DNA from: Alphaproteobacteria bacterium
GTDB taxonomy: Bacteria; Pseudomonadota; Alphaproteobacteria; UBA828
Length of the DNA: 64,000 bases
Assembly: GCA_965220745.1 (NCBI GenBank)
Contig: CBDCQT010000012.1
Span: forward strand, 640,001 to 704,000
Reading direction: 5' to 3'
This document shows, in pieces, positions 30,470 through 40,298 of this stretch; within the stretch, counting starts at the first letter, position 1, and each line of letters opens with the position of its first letter. Position numbers and translations under genes: made by a program. Under the pieces are notes generated by a model that did not search any database, was not told the DNA's origin, and saw nothing but the letters and a program-made list of their open reading frames with translations.

Positions 30470-31285
30470 CTACTTCACGGCGCCCAGCGCCAGCCCGCGG
30501 ATCATGTGGCGCTGCAGCAGGAACACGACGATTACCATCGGCACCAGCTGCATCACCACGGCGGCCGAGATCGTGCCCCACAGCACAGTGTAAACGTCAA
30601 TCATCTTGGCGATCTGAATCGGCAGCGTCACCGCCGCCGATTGGGTGATATAGAGCGCGAACAGGTACTCGTTCCAGTTGAAGACGAAGGTGAAGATGGC
30701 GGTCACCGCGATCCCCGGCCCCGACAGCGGCAAGACGATGCGCCAGATGATGCCGAACCGGCGCAGTCCGTCGAGCCGCGCCGCTTCCTCGATGTCGCGC
30801 GGAAGGTCGAGCAGGAACCCGCGCATCAGCCATACCGCGAACGGCAGGCCGTAGCCGACGTAGATGATGATCATGCCGATGTGGGTGTCGATCATCCCGA
30901 GGCGCTGGGCCATGAGGAAATACGGCATCGCGATCACCACCCCGGGCATGAAGCGAAGCGACAGGATGACCAGCGATATCGTGTCCGCGCCCTTGAGCTT
31001 CATCCGCGCCAGCGCGTAACCCGACACCAGGGCCAGCACCATGGTGATGAAGGTCGCGCTCAAGACGATAACGCATGAGTTGAGGAGCGCCTTGTCGAAC
31101 TCGAAGCGGCCGAACGCCTCGGCGTAGTGCTCCAGGGTCGGCGTGAAATCCCACACCGGGACCTTGGAGTTGATGTCCTTCGTCGGCTTGATCGAGGTCA
31201 GCACGATCCAGTAGATCGGCGCCAGATAGATGGCGACGATGAAGACGGCGGCGACGTCGAAGGCGCGTCTCATCGGGCTGCGCAT
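30470..31285 (-). CDS. Carbohydrate-type ABC permease
   Basis: EAA motif IEEAARLDG, FNWNEYLFA, GLALGAVK. Confidence 0.92.
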   Translation of the reverse strand: MRSPMRRAFDVAAVFIVAIYLAPIYWIVLTSIKPTKDINSKVPVWDFTPTLEHYAEAFGRFEFDKALLNSCVIVLSATFITMVLALVSGYALARMKLKGADTISLVILSLRFMPGVVIAMPYFLMAQRLGMIDTHIGMIIIYVGYGLPFAVWLMRGFLLDLPRDIEEAARLDGLRRFGIIWRIVLPLSGPGIAVTAIFTFVFNWNEYLFALYITQSAAVTLPIQIAKMIDVYTVLWGTISAAVVMQLVPMVIVVFLLQRHMIRGLALGAVK

Positions 31286-32208
31286 CAGGCGGTGACCTTA
31301 CGGCGGGTTTCGCGCTCCTGGCGATAGAGCACGCGCAAGAACGCGATGACGACGACGTTGATGACGATGACGATCAAGAAGCCGTACGCCGCCATGATGC
31401 CCAGACGACCGGCTTGGAAGTAAGTAAAGTCGTTCACGCTCGCGACCAGCGTGGAGGTGCCCGGCCCGCCGCGGGTGATGATGTAGATCAGATCGAAGAT
31501 GCGGATCGAATCGACCAATCGCAGCAGCAACACCACCGTGACCACCGGCCAGATCAGCGGAATGACGATACGCCGCAGGTAGGTCCAGCCTCGCACCCGA
31601 TCGAGGCGCGCGGCCTCGATCACCTCGGGCGATATCCCCTGCATGCCGGCCAGCAGGATCAGCGTCACGAACGGGGTCCACTGCCAGATGTCGGCGATCA
31701 TCACCGCACCCAGCGCGGTGCCGGTCTCGGTATGCCACGACCCTTCCGGCAGCCCCGCGCTTTCCAGCAGGTAGTTGATGATGCCGGTCACCGGCTCGAA
31801 CATGAAGCGCCAGGTCAACCCCATGGCGATGGGTGAGATGAACACCGGGATGACGATCAGCGTGCGCAACAACCCGATGCCGCGCGTCCGCGTGTCCAGC
31901 AGAAGCGCGAAAAAGAACCCGAGCGCCATCTGGACCGAGACCACGACGACACACCAGACAAGGGTCAGCCGGATGCTCTTCCAGAAGATGTCGTTGCCGA
32001 GCAGGGTTTCATAATTGCGAAACCCGACCCAATGGCCGATCCGCGGGTTGAACAGGCTCTCGACGCGAAACGACAGCACCCCCGCCCAACCCAGCGGATA
32101 GACGGCCAGCGCGATCAAAATGACGAGAGTCGGGAGCACCATCAGAAGTGCCACCCGACCCTCGGAAAGGCGCGCGGCGGGCCGCCGCGGCGATGCCAAC
32201 TCGGACAT
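31285..32208 (-). CDS. Carbohydrate-type ABC permease
   Basis: VGFRNY, DIWQWTPF, EAARLD, TRGGPG. Confidence 0.92.
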   Translation of the reverse strand: MSELASPRRPAARLSEGRVALLMVLPTLVILIALAVYPLGWAGVLSFRVESLFNPRIGHWVGFRNYETLLGNDIFWKSIRLTLVWCVVVVSVQMALGFFFALLLDTRTRGIGLLRTLIVIPVFISPIAMGLTWRFMFEPVTGIINYLLESAGLPEGSWHTETGTALGAVMIADIWQWTPFVTLILLAGMQGISPEVIEAARLDRVRGWTYLRRIVIPLIWPVVTVVLLLRLVDSIRIFDLIYIITRGGPGTSTLVASVNDFTYFQAGRLGIMAAYGFLIVIVINVVVIAFLRVLYRQERETRRKVTA

Positions 32209-32232
32209 TACCCGATCATGGCACCGGCTCCG

Positions 32233-33666
32233 TTATCCGTAGTAGCCGGAATCCATCATGATGCCCTCGACGTCCTTTTCCATGGCCTTGAGCGCGTCTT
32301 CGATCGACTTCTCGCCGACGATGACGGCCGAGGCCTCGTTGCCCAGGATGTCCGAAAGCGTGAACGCCTCGGGAATCAGAGGCACGAACGAGACCGCGAC
32401 CGGGAACGACTTCTTCAGGCCGACGAAGTGCGGCCTCAAGTCCTCGAACTTGGTGAGGAGCGAGATGCGCGCCGGCTGCCCGGCGTTGTCGACGTAAGCC
32501 TGAGAGATGCGGCTGTCGACGTAATCGCCCGAGTTCAGGTGCTTGATCCACTCCCAAGCCGCCTGCTTGTTCTCCGACCACGTCGAGACCATCTGGCCCA
32601 AACCGCCCATCAACGGCCGGTGGGCGCTCTCGGGGGTCTCGCCCCGGGGGACCAGGTCGGTGCCGATCACGTCGGGGAACTGGCTGAACTCAGGATTGTT
32701 CAGCACCGCCGTGCCCCACTGGATCGGCGCGTACACCGCGGAGCCGTTGGCGAGCGCCGTGTTGCACTCATCGTCCGTGGCATTCAGCGTCACCGGATGG
32801 CGATACTTCATCAGCTCGACTAGGGTTTCGAGCGCCTTGTACCCCTTGTCGTTGTTGAAGGTGGGGTGCCAGCCGCCCTCTGCCTGCTTGTCGAACCAAT
32901 CGCCGCCGTAGGAGGCGAGCATACCCCAGAACACCCAGCCGGCGAAGCCGCCGCGGCGGTTGGTGGTGATGAAACCGTACTGGTCGTTGTCGGGATCGTG
33001 CAGCGCCTTGGCCACCTCGATCGCCTCGGGCCAGGTGTCGGGCACTTTGCTGAATCCCGCCGCCTCCATCAGGTCGCGGCGGTAGAAGTGGAGCTTAGCG
33101 TTGCCGTCCGGGGTCAGGCCGTAAAGCGTGCCGTCGGGCTTGGCCGGCACGCGGTAGCCCTGGGAGACGGCCTCCGGCACGTCGTTCGAATAATCGTCGA
33201 ACCAACCTGCGTCCTGATCGGCGAAGCGTTGCAGCGGCTCCATGGCGCCGGCCGCCTCGAACGCCGGCCACTGGCCGAAGTCGGTGTAGAGCACGTCCAT
33301 CGTCGAGCTCTTCGAGGTGGCCAGCATCATCCCCTTGGTCACCATCTCCGAGTGCGGGCCGGCCTGAATGTCGACCTCGATGTTGGGAAAGCGCTCGTTG
33401 AAGATCGGCAGCACGCCGCGCGAGGGAAGCTCCCAGCGCTGGCCCGCCGAAACCATCATCGTCACCTTGCCGGTGAGCTTGTCGTCGGTGTACCAGCCCG
33501 GGCCCTTGGTGTCGGCGTGGGCCGCCCGCGTCCCGAGGCTGCTCGCCGCCGCCGCGGCGGCGGTCGCGGCCGTGGCCTGGAGCATCTGGCGGCGCGTCAT
33601 TTGCAGCTTGCGCTGGCGCGTCTGCTCCATCGTCTGCTTGTAGATCGTCTCTCTGTCCGTACCCAT
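32233..33666 (-). CDS. Carbohydrate-type (family 1) ABC substrate-binding protein, Tat-exported
   Basis: RBS GGGGAGG before ATG 33666; TRRQMLQ...AAHA signal; HFYRRDL, PDTWPE. Confidence 0.88.
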   Translation of the reverse strand: MGTDRETIYKQTMEQTRQRKLQMTRRQMLQATAATAAAAAASSLGTRAAHADTKGPGWYTDDKLTGKVTMMVSAGQRWELPSRGVLPIFNERFPNIEVDIQAGPHSEMVTKGMMLATSKSSTMDVLYTDFGQWPAFEAAGAMEPLQRFADQDAGWFDDYSNDVPEAVSQGYRVPAKPDGTLYGLTPDGNAKLHFYRRDLMEAAGFSKVPDTWPEAIEVAKALHDPDNDQYGFITTNRRGGFAGWVFWGMLASYGGDWFDKQAEGGWHPTFNNDKGYKALETLVELMKYRHPVTLNATDDECNTALANGSAVYAPIQWGTAVLNNPEFSQFPDVIGTDLVPRGETPESAHRPLMGGLGQMVSTWSENKQAAWEWIKHLNSGDYVDSRISQAYVDNAGQPARISLLTKFEDLRPHFVGLKKSFPVAVSFVPLIPEAFTLSDILGNEASAVIVGEKSIEDALKAMEKDVEGIMMDSGYYG

Positions 33667-33772
33667 GTAAACCTCCCCTGGGTTTTGGTCGCGGAAACTA
33701 TAGCGCTGCCTCATAGGGGGTGTATACGCTGACGGAGCCGTAGACTCGGCAGCCAAGCAGCGGAGAGCCCCC

Positions 33773-35116
33773 ATGTCCTACTGGATCAGCCAGAGCGTCG
33801 ATGGCGCGCCCTTGCCCAAGGCGGTTCGTGCCGAAGGCGTCTACGTCTACGGCGAGGACGGCAAGCGCTACATCGACAGCACCGGCGGGCCGGGGCTGTT
33901 CTCCCTCGGTCACGGCCACCCCGAGGTGACCGCGGCGATCAAGGACCAGTTCGACCAGATGGCCTACGGCTTCAGCATGACCTTCACGACCGACGTGGTG
34001 GAGGAGCTCTCCGAGAGCATCGTGACTGCCGCCGGCGCGGATCATTTCGGTGGCGTGTTCTACTCGTCGAGCGGGTCCGAGGCCAACGAGCACGCGCTGA
34101 AGGCCGCGCTGCAGTATCACCTCGCGCGCGGCGAGCCCGAGAGGACCCGCTTCATCGGCCGCAAGCTCTCCTGGCACGGGGCGACGCTCGGCGTGCTCGA
34201 CGTCGGCCATCACCTGTGGCGGCGGAGCCTCTACGAGAGCGAGCTCGGCCGCGCTACCCACGTCTCCGCGCCGATGCTCTACCGGCCGCCCGAGGGCGTC
34301 GCGCCCGAGGACCTCACGCAGCACTATGCAGACGAGCTCGACGCCGAGATCAGGCGCGTAGGACCCGCGCGGGTCGCGGCCTTCATCTTCGAGCCCATCG
34401 GCGGCGGTACCGGTGGCATTCTGCCGCCGCCCGCCGGCTACGCCCAGGCCATGCGCGCGGTCTGCGACGAGCACGGCGTGCTCATGATCGCGGACGAAAT
34501 CTTCTGCGGCGTGGGCCGCACCGGCAAATGGCGGGCGCTGGAGCACGAGGGCGTTCAGCCCGACATCATGACCATCGCGAAGGGGCTCTCGGGTGGCTAC
34601 ATGCCCTTGAGCGCCTGCGTGCTCTCGCGCCAGGTGCGCGAGGTGATCGACGGCGCCTACGGCAATCTCGAAGCGGCCCGCACCTATTCCGGCCACACCG
34701 CCGCCTGCGCGGCCGGGTGCGCGGTGCTGGGCATCATCGAGCGCGACGGGCTGGTGGAGAAGGTCGCGACGGACGGCATCTACCTCAAGGAGCGGCTGGA
34801 CCGGGCGCTCGGTCAGGACGACGCGGTCGGCGACATCCGGGGCTGCGGCCTCATGTGGGGGATCGAGCTGGTCAAGGACCGAGACACCAAGGAGCCCTTC
34901 GATCCCGCGCTCCAGGTGTGGAAGCGCTACAGGGATGCGGCGCTGGAGAACGGCATGCTGAGCTATCAGGGCGGCGCCATCATCGACGGCGTGCGCGGCG
35001 ATTACGCTCTCGTCACCCCGGCCTACACGGCGACGCGGGACGAGCTCGACGAGATCGTGGACAAGGTCGCCCTCTCGATCCGCCAGGCCGTGGAGTCGGC
35101 GCGCGCCGCGGCCTGA
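33773..35116 (+). CDS. Class III aminotransferase
   Basis: YIDSTGG, SGSEANE, SWHGAT, FEPIGG, DEIFCGVGRTG, AKGLSGGY. Confidence 0.92.
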   Translation: MSYWISQSVDGAPLPKAVRAEGVYVYGEDGKRYIDSTGGPGLFSLGHGHPEVTAAIKDQFDQMAYGFSMTFTTDVVEELSESIVTAAGADHFGGVFYSSSGSEANEHALKAALQYHLARGEPERTRFIGRKLSWHGATLGVLDVGHHLWRRSLYESELGRATHVSAPMLYRPPEGVAPEDLTQHYADELDAEIRRVGPARVAAFIFEPIGGGTGGILPPPAGYAQAMRAVCDEHGVLMIADEIFCGVGRTGKWRALEHEGVQPDIMTIAKGLSGGYMPLSACVLSRQVREVIDGAYGNLEAARTYSGHTAACAAGCAVLGIIERDGLVEKVATDGIYLKERLDRALGQDDAVGDIRGCGLMWGIELVKDRDTKEPFDPALQVWKRYRDAALENGMLSYQGGAIIDGVRGDYALVTPAYTATRDELDEIVDKVALSIRQAVESARAAA

Positions 35117-35162
35117 ATCCGCCGCGCCGACGGGCTCCTCCGCTTCGACAGCGATACGTCTC

Positions 35163-36254
35163 GTGTTCTCCGTTCCAATTTGGGACGAGCTAGTCCCCAC
35201 TCTCGGGCTTTCCGGCGTGGCAGTCCTCGCTCTGGTGGGCGGCTACTTGTACGGCGGCAATCTGTGGTGGGAACGCCACTCAATCCGCTTCGGCAGCGAC
35301 CCATCGCCACTGCAAGTCAGCGGCGCAGTTGGCGAGCTTGTTGTTCTCGCCATGGTGGTCGCCGGAGTCGTCATCGTGATGGTCTCTTGCCCGGACGCGA
35401 GCCTGTACCACGCGGACGGCCCGGAGTTGGCCGTGGTCATCCTCTGGTTCGGTCTCGTCTACGCTGGCGCCTTCTTCCACTCGCAAAGGGAGATTAAAGC
35501 CGGGGCAGACGAGCGCGAAATCGAGGCCATCGGCGGCAGCGATCAGTCGCCCGAAGCGAAAGCCGAGCTTGACAAGCAGCTTCGTCAGAAGTTGCGGAGG
35601 GCGTATCGCGTCTACGATCTCTATTCCTGTGTGGTCTTTGGCCTTGGCGGCCTGGCGCTTGCCAAGGTCGCTCACCAATTCTGGCACGACTGGCAGAGCA
35701 ACTCGTCGGCCTCCCGGCAATTGGTCGCTCAGGCCGACGCGCTTCTGGCGATCCAGCCCGCCGTGTTTAACCTGAACGCCATCATCGAGGTCGAGCGGGC
35801 CTATCTGTCATTTCGAGAACTGCTGAACGACGTGCTCCTCCAGGTCGAGCCGATCGCCTTCCTGTTTCTCTATGTCATGTTGATGAGCCTGCTGGTTTCT
35901 GTGACGCCCATCTCGGCCGCGTATCGCAACCGTGCGCGTCGGCTGGGCTCGACCGTCTCATTGATCGCGGTGATCGTCCTCCTGGCGATCTCACTTGGTA
36001 GCTATTTTCTGCACGCGACGGTCGCCTCGCGCGGCCTAGCAAGCTCGCTCTCGTACCTGGAGTCGTGGTCCGCCACCGATTTCCGCCATTACCTGCGGTA
36101 TTCGGAGATCTACACGGAAGTGAACGCGGCAGGTGGGCTCAGCGGGTTCATCAGGGCGCTGCTTTCCGAAGCGGTGTTTCTTGTCATCCTGGTGGGTGTC
36201 GCCCAGCAGGCGGCCTCCTGGGTGCGCCATCTGATGGGACGATCAAAGCAGTGA
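35163..36254 (+). CDS. Hypothetical polytopic membrane protein
   Basis: 363-aa ORF with several hydrophobic segments; stop overlaps next start (GTGA); no family recognised. Confidence 0.65.
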   Translation: MFSVPIWDELVPTLGLSGVAVLALVGGYLYGGNLWWERHSIRFGSDPSPLQVSGAVGELVVLAMVVAGVVIVMVSCPDASLYHADGPELAVVILWFGLVYAGAFFHSQREIKAGADEREIEAIGGSDQSPEAKAELDKQLRQKLRRAYRVYDLYSCVVFGLGGLALAKVAHQFWHDWQSNSSASRQLVAQADALLAIQPAVFNLNAIIEVERAYLSFRELLNDVLLQVEPIAFLFLYVMLMSLLVSVTPISAAYRNRARRLGSTVSLIAVIVLLAISLGSYFLHATVASRGLASSLSYLESWSATDFRHYLRYSEIYTEVNAAGGLSGFIRALLSEAVFLVILVGVAQQAASWVRHLMGRSKQ

Positions 36255-37276
36255 TCGCAGCCGTGGCAGTCCTGCTCGCGCTGGTTGTCGCGGCCGGCGT
36301 CGTGTTCTTTGCCAATCGCCTTAAGTCTCCGCGCTACGGCGGCATCCCCTTTAGCGGGCCGGACCAGGCAGGCGCAGCCGGCGCCGTGTTGCAGATCGTT
36401 ACTTGGAACATCGGCTACGGATCACTGGGGGCAGGTGCGGACTTTGTCGCGGATGGCGGTCAGAACGTGCGCGCCCTCGGCCGCCGCAGCATAACCAGCG
36501 CGGTTGACGCCATCGGCGAGACATTGGGGAGGCTGGATGCCGATCTCGTGCTCCTGCAGGAGATGGCGGCGGCAGGTTTCATGACCCGAGGAGTCGATGT
36601 CAAAGCGGGTGTACTAAGGGCGTTGAACCGCTACCGCGTCGCCTTTTGGGAAGATTTTTCAACGACGATGGTGCCGCCGCCCTTCAATCTTTCTAACGGA
36701 TTGATGACGCTCGCTTGCGTTGCCGGCGCAGAGTGCACAGCGCAACCTCTGCCGCAAGAGCCAGGCTTTCGCCTCGGAATCCTCAAGAAGCAATACGGTG
36801 CTCTCGTGACCCGAATTCCGGTCGAGGACGGCCGCGAGTGGGTCATCATGAACATCCACCTTGCCGCGTTCGACGACGGCGGACAGGTCAGATCAAGGCA
36901 GGTCTCGGCGCTGCTGGAGTTGGCACAGGCCGCGTATCGAAGCGGCGCGCATGTGGTGATCGGCGGCGACTGGAACTTGCGACTGGTCGACACGGCGTTT
37001 CCTCATGGAACGGAGAAGAAGTTTCTCTGGTGGATTCACGACTTTCCCCACGAGGCGGTTCCCGAGGGATGGACATTCGGCCTCGATCCGTCCGTTCCCA
37101 GCGTTCGCACGCTGCATCGGCCCTATGAAGCGGGGGTCAACTACGTAACCGTCATCGACGGGTTCCTCGTTTCGCCAAACGTTATCGTCGAGCGAGTCGA
37201 GACGTTGGATCTCGGCTTTCTCCACACCGACCATCACCCGGTGCTGGCGACCCTGCGAATGAACACTGTGCAATAA
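36251..37276 (+). CDS. Membrane-anchored endonuclease/exonuclease/phosphatase (EEP) family protein
   Basis: N-terminal TM; TWNIGY, LLQE, NIHLAAFD, GGDWN, IDGFLVS, TDHHPV. Confidence 0.9.
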   Translation: MIAAVAVLLALVVAAGVVFFANRLKSPRYGGIPFSGPDQAGAAGAVLQIVTWNIGYGSLGAGADFVADGGQNVRALGRRSITSAVDAIGETLGRLDADLVLLQEMAAAGFMTRGVDVKAGVLRALNRYRVAFWEDFSTTMVPPPFNLSNGLMTLACVAGAECTAQPLPQEPGFRLGILKKQYGALVTRIPVEDGREWVIMNIHLAAFDDGGQVRSRQVSALLELAQAAYRSGAHVVIGGDWNLRLVDTAFPHGTEKKFLWWIHDFPHEAVPEGWTFGLDPSVPSVRTLHRPYEAGVNYVTVIDGFLVSPNVIVERVETLDLGFLHTDHHPVLATLRMNTVQ

Positions 37277-37348
37277 CGCCCGATCCGGATTCGTCACGAC
37301 GGTCATGGAGAGCGCCGCGCAATCTATGACGCTCGCGCGACACGACGC

Positions 37349-38044
37349 CTACCCCGAGAGCACCACGCCCCACGGCAGAACCTGATTGCCGAAAACCAGG
37401 CTCGCGCCGAGGATGCGGGTGGGCTTCAGCAGGTGAGTGGGGTCGTCGTCGCTCGGCTCGAAGCGCACCGTGCCCTCGCCCCAGACGGTCTCGGTGATTT
37501 CGGTCTCTGCCGGGAGCTGAACCACCTGGCGCTTCACCGCGTCCGCGCGGTCGGCCTCCGGCAGTGCCTTGACGAAGAGGCGGGGGAAGGTCTTGAGCGG
37601 CTCGAATTCCCGGCCGGTGGGGGACATGTCGATCTCGATCACGCGCCGGCCCAGGCGCTCGGTGAAGCCCCAGATCCGGTTCGTGTCGACGTGAAGCTCC
37701 ATGGCCGCGAGCTTCATGCGAAAGCCCCAGAGCTCGCGCGTGCCGGAGCACACCTGATCGGTGCTGGTGAAGGCGTGCACCCAGTGCCCGCCGATCTCGC
37801 CGCCGTAGCGCACTTGCGCGATGACGGCGCTGTCGTAGTAGGGGCGCATCGGCACCGTGCTCTCGAAGTGCATGACCGTGATCTGCACGACGTTGGTGGC
37901 GAGCTCCAGCGGCGCCGGCACGCGGGGAGCAAGGGCCGCCTCGTCCACCTCGCAGAAGATGCTGAGGGTGCGGAAGCGATGCTGCCAGGGCGGCAGCGGG
38001 TAGGGCAGGAGCTCGGTGTCGAGCTGCTTCTCGTTCATGGGCAC
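37349..38044 (-). CDS. Acetoacetate decarboxylase family protein
   Basis: PYPLPPW, TRELWGFRMK with Schiff-base-type Lys. Confidence 0.8.
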   Translation of the reverse strand: MPMNEKQLDTELLPYPLPPWQHRFRTLSIFCEVDEAALAPRVPAPLELATNVVQITVMHFESTVPMRPYYDSAVIAQVRYGGEIGGHWVHAFTSTDQVCSGTRELWGFRMKLAAMELHVDTNRIWGFTERLGRRVIEIDMSPTGREFEPLKTFPRLFVKALPEADRADAVKRQVVQLPAETEITETVWGEGTVRFEPSDDDPTHLLKPTRILGASLVFGNQVLPWGVVLSG

Positions 38045-38063
38045 ACTCGTCGGGGTTGGTCGC

Positions 38064-39161
38064 TCAGGAGCGGAGCCGGGTGATCACCTCGCCGGCATAG
38101 AGCCGGAGCGAGCGCACCACGGCCTCGTGGTCGATGCCAGGCACGCGGAAGCGGCAGATCACGTGGTTGATGCCGGCCTCCTGCTGCAGGGTCTTGAAGC
38201 GCTCGAACACCTGATCGGGGTCGCCGAGAACGAAGCGCTCCTCCATCAGCCGGTCAAGCGACGCCTCCGCGTCGCCGAGGGCGCCGGCTTCGGCATGGCG
38301 AGCGTAGACCGCCTGCAGCGGCTCGCCGGCTATGGCGATGGCCTCGTCCCGCGTTTCCGCGCAGAACACCTCGCGAATGACCGGGCGCTCGACCTCCGCG
38401 AGGCTACGGCCGGAGCCGGCCATGCGTTCGCCATAGGTGCGGTAAAGGGCGATCACCTCCGCATCGCTCGCCGTCGGCGCCGGCAGGATGGCGTAGCCGT
38501 TCTGCGCGGCCAGCGCCACGTCCGCTCCGTCCCCCGCCTCGACCCAGATCGGCGGGTGGGGGATCTGCACCGGCCGCGGTGTCACCGCGAGATATTTCGG
38601 CTCCAGCCCGGCGCGCTGCCACTGCAGCTTGAAGGGCTTTTCGTAGGGCTCGTGAGTGAAGGGCTGCTCGGCGTTCTCGGGCGTCTTGCGCGGGAAGCGG
38701 GTGAAGCGCCCGCCGTAGGAGAACGCGTCGGAGGTCCATGCCTTGGCGATGAAGTCCAGCGACTCCTCGAAGCGCGCGCGGCGCTCGTCGAAGGGCACGC
38801 CGAAGGCGGCGAACGCGGCCTCGCTGTCGCCGATGCCGGCACCCAGGATGGCGCGGCCGTTCGACAGCAGGTCGATGACGGCGAAATCCTCGGCTGCGCG
38901 CGCCGGATGCTGCAACGCCAGCGCCTTGCCGGCCGAGCCCAGGCGGATGAAGCGGGTGGAGCCCGCCAGAGCGCCCAGCAGATCGACCACCGAGCCGGTG
39001 AGGTCGCCGTCCACGAAGTGGCTCTCGCCGATCAGAGCCGAGTCGAAGCCGAGGTGATCGGCAAGCTCGATCTGCTCCATCATCTCGCCGTAGAGGTCCG
39101 CTGTGGCGCGACTTTCGCCACCGCCGGTCAGCTCCCAGCCGTAGTAGAGCCCCGACCTCAT
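38064..39161 (-). CDS. LLM class flavin-dependent oxidoreductase
   Basis: GFDSALIGESHF, AEDFAVIDLLSNGR, PRPVQIPHPPIW. Confidence 0.88.
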   Translation of the reverse strand: MRSGLYYGWELTGGGESRATADLYGEMMEQIELADHLGFDSALIGESHFVDGDLTGSVVDLLGALAGSTRFIRLGSAGKALALQHPARAAEDFAVIDLLSNGRAILGAGIGDSEAAFAAFGVPFDERRARFEESLDFIAKAWTSDAFSYGGRFTRFPRKTPENAEQPFTHEPYEKPFKLQWQRAGLEPKYLAVTPRPVQIPHPPIWVEAGDGADVALAAQNGYAILPAPTASDAEVIALYRTYGERMAGSGRSLAEVERPVIREVFCAETRDEAIAIAGEPLQAVYARHAEAGALGDAEASLDRLMEERFVLGDPDQVFERFKTLQQEAGINHVICRFRVPGIDHEAVVRSLRLYAGEVITRLRS

Positions 39162-40195
39162 GACGCGCCCCTGAAGTGCGGGATCACGTGCTCGGCGAAG
39201 AGCTCCATCTGCCTGAAGAGGCGGTCCTTCTTCTGGCTGATGTGCATGATGCGCGGCATGAAGTGGTCGAAGTGAACCGTCTCGCGGTAAGTCTCGATCT
39301 TGCGGACGATCTGATCCGGCGTGCCGACGAACGATGCCTCGATGATCTCCCGGAACACCGGGTGCGCCAGCATCTCGCGGCGGCTTCCGGTGGCCTCGGG
39401 CACGTAGCCATAGGCCACGTACTGCTCCTCGTACATCGGCAGCAGGTCTTCATCCATGATGCGGAGCGCCTCCTCCTGCGTCTCGGCGATGCAGACATCG
39501 CGGAAGAGCCCGCACTTGATGGCGCTCTCGGGGTGGCCGGCGGCGCGCGCGGCCTCCTTGTAGATGTCGGCGTTGCGCTTGAAGAGCTCGATGCTCATGG
39601 ACGGGCCTTCCCAGAAGCCCAGTCCGGCCTTGCCGATGTTGGTCGCCTGCAGCTTGGTCCGGTTGGCGCCGACCCAGATGGGCGGGTGCGGCCTTTGCAG
39701 CGGGGCGGGATCGAGGCGCAGGTCGTCGTAGTGGAAGAACTCGCCGTGGTGGGAGAAGGTCTCGCCGGTCCAGGCCTTCTTCATCACTTCGACCGCCTCG
39801 TAGAAGCGCTTGCCCCTGGTCTTCTTCTCGATGTCGAGGCCCTCGAACTCCTCCGGCCGGTAGCCGGGCGCGAGGCCGAGCAGGAGGCGGCCGTTGGAGA
39901 GCACGTCGAGCGAGGCCTTGTCCTCGGCATCGCGCAGGGGATCGTGCAGGCCGAGCAGCGAGCAGCCAGTGCCGATGCCGATGCGCGAGGTGCGGCGCGC
40001 GATCGCGGCCAGCACGGGCAGCAGGTTGGGGCAATAGCCGTCGTACCAGAAGTGATGCTCGGTCAGCCAGAAGCTGTCGAAGCCCACCTCCTCGGCGAAG
40101 ACCGCGTGCTCCACGACCTCGTCGTAGAGCCCGGCCCACGAGCGCGGATGGACGCGCGGGCTCTGCATCCCGTAAAGGCCAAGCCAGAATTCCAC
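39158..40195 (-). CDS. LLM class flavin-dependent oxidoreductase
   Basis: GFDSFWLTEHHF, LDVLSNGRL, PLQRPHPPIW; GTG start at 40195. Confidence 0.9.
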   Translation of the reverse strand: MEFWLGLYGMQSPRVHPRSWAGLYDEVVEHAVFAEEVGFDSFWLTEHHFWYDGYCPNLLPVLAAIARRTSRIGIGTGCSLLGLHDPLRDAEDKASLDVLSNGRLLLGLAPGYRPEEFEGLDIEKKTRGKRFYEAVEVMKKAWTGETFSHHGEFFHYDDLRLDPAPLQRPHPPIWVGANRTKLQATNIGKAGLGFWEGPSMSIELFKRNADIYKEAARAAGHPESAIKCGLFRDVCIAETQEEALRIMDEDLLPMYEEQYVAYGYVPEATGSRREMLAHPVFREIIEASFVGTPDQIVRKIETYRETVHFDHFMPRIMHISQKKDRLFRQMELFAEHVIPHFRGAS

Positions 40196-40298
40196 GTGAG
40201 CCCCTAACGGTCGTTTGTTTGTGACAGCAGGCGGGCCGCATCGAAGCACAGGACCGCGCGCGGAGGCAAACGCGCGGGGCACGCGGGACGGCGGCTCG

